A stretch of 64,000 nucleotides of DNA from Antedon mediterranea. Its lineage: Eukaryota; Animalia; Echinodermata. The stretch is taken from assembly GCF_964355755.1 (NCBI RefSeq), contig NC_092678.1:15233881-15297880 (forward strand). Direction: 5' to 3'. The notes under the pieces are model-generated. The model was not told the DNA's origin. It saw only the letters and a program-made list of their open reading frames with translations, and made no database searches. Of the stretch, positions 63,682 through 64,000 are shown piece after piece (positions within the stretch are counted from its first letter, which is position 1; each line of letters starts with the position of its first letter). The position numbers and the translations under genes were made by a program.

Positions 63682-64000
63682 GTAAATAACCAATAGATAA
63701 AGATAATAATATATTAGGTATTGTCATGATGTGTTTAAATATATTTTGTTATTTTGACACAGTCTATTTTAAGTCAATACTAACTAAATACATAATCTAT
63801 GAATATTCTTCTCTCTTTTAAGAAACTATTCAATAATGTTTGATAAAAAAAAAGTTGTCTTAAATTAAAACATTTAAGGATTTTGGTTCTTAATTAGAAA
63901 ATAGGTAAAAAGTTGACTTCATACTGTGACCAGACGACGGAGGGTTTTAAAACCTAAAATGACATACTTTTTTAAAACGTTACAATGTATCGTAATGTTA

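Overview
AT-rich, intron-rich animal DNA. The repeat families and death-fold proteins suggest a marine invertebrate, possibly an echinoderm (inference). The window holds a tandem cluster of Roco-family genes on the + strand. Gene A (start upstream of the window; exons 396-20510) encodes an ankyrin-cap-like segment, a complete Roc GTPase, COR, two duplicated linker exons and a terminal tandem death-effector-domain (DED)-like exon. Gene B (about 38100-63681+) has an expanding array of 105-nt phase-0 ankyrin exons that join in frame directly to COR exons closely paralogous to gene A. No Roc exons lie in between. It is followed by a different tandem-DED-like exon, which is either its C-terminal module or the start of a third gene. 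Introns and intergenic DNA are full of mobile elements: a young but mutated 8.8-kb Gypsy LTR element (PNMA-like gag, tRNA-Lys PBS, GGGAAAC frameshift site), a DIRS tyrosine-recombinase retroelement with three nested insertions, CR1-, Rex1- and L2-type LINE remnants, tRNA SINEs, Mutator-like MITEs with 9-bp TSDs, Helentron-like elements and mini/microsatellites. All gene models were read by eye from GT-AG sites and frame continuity. There is no transcript evidence.
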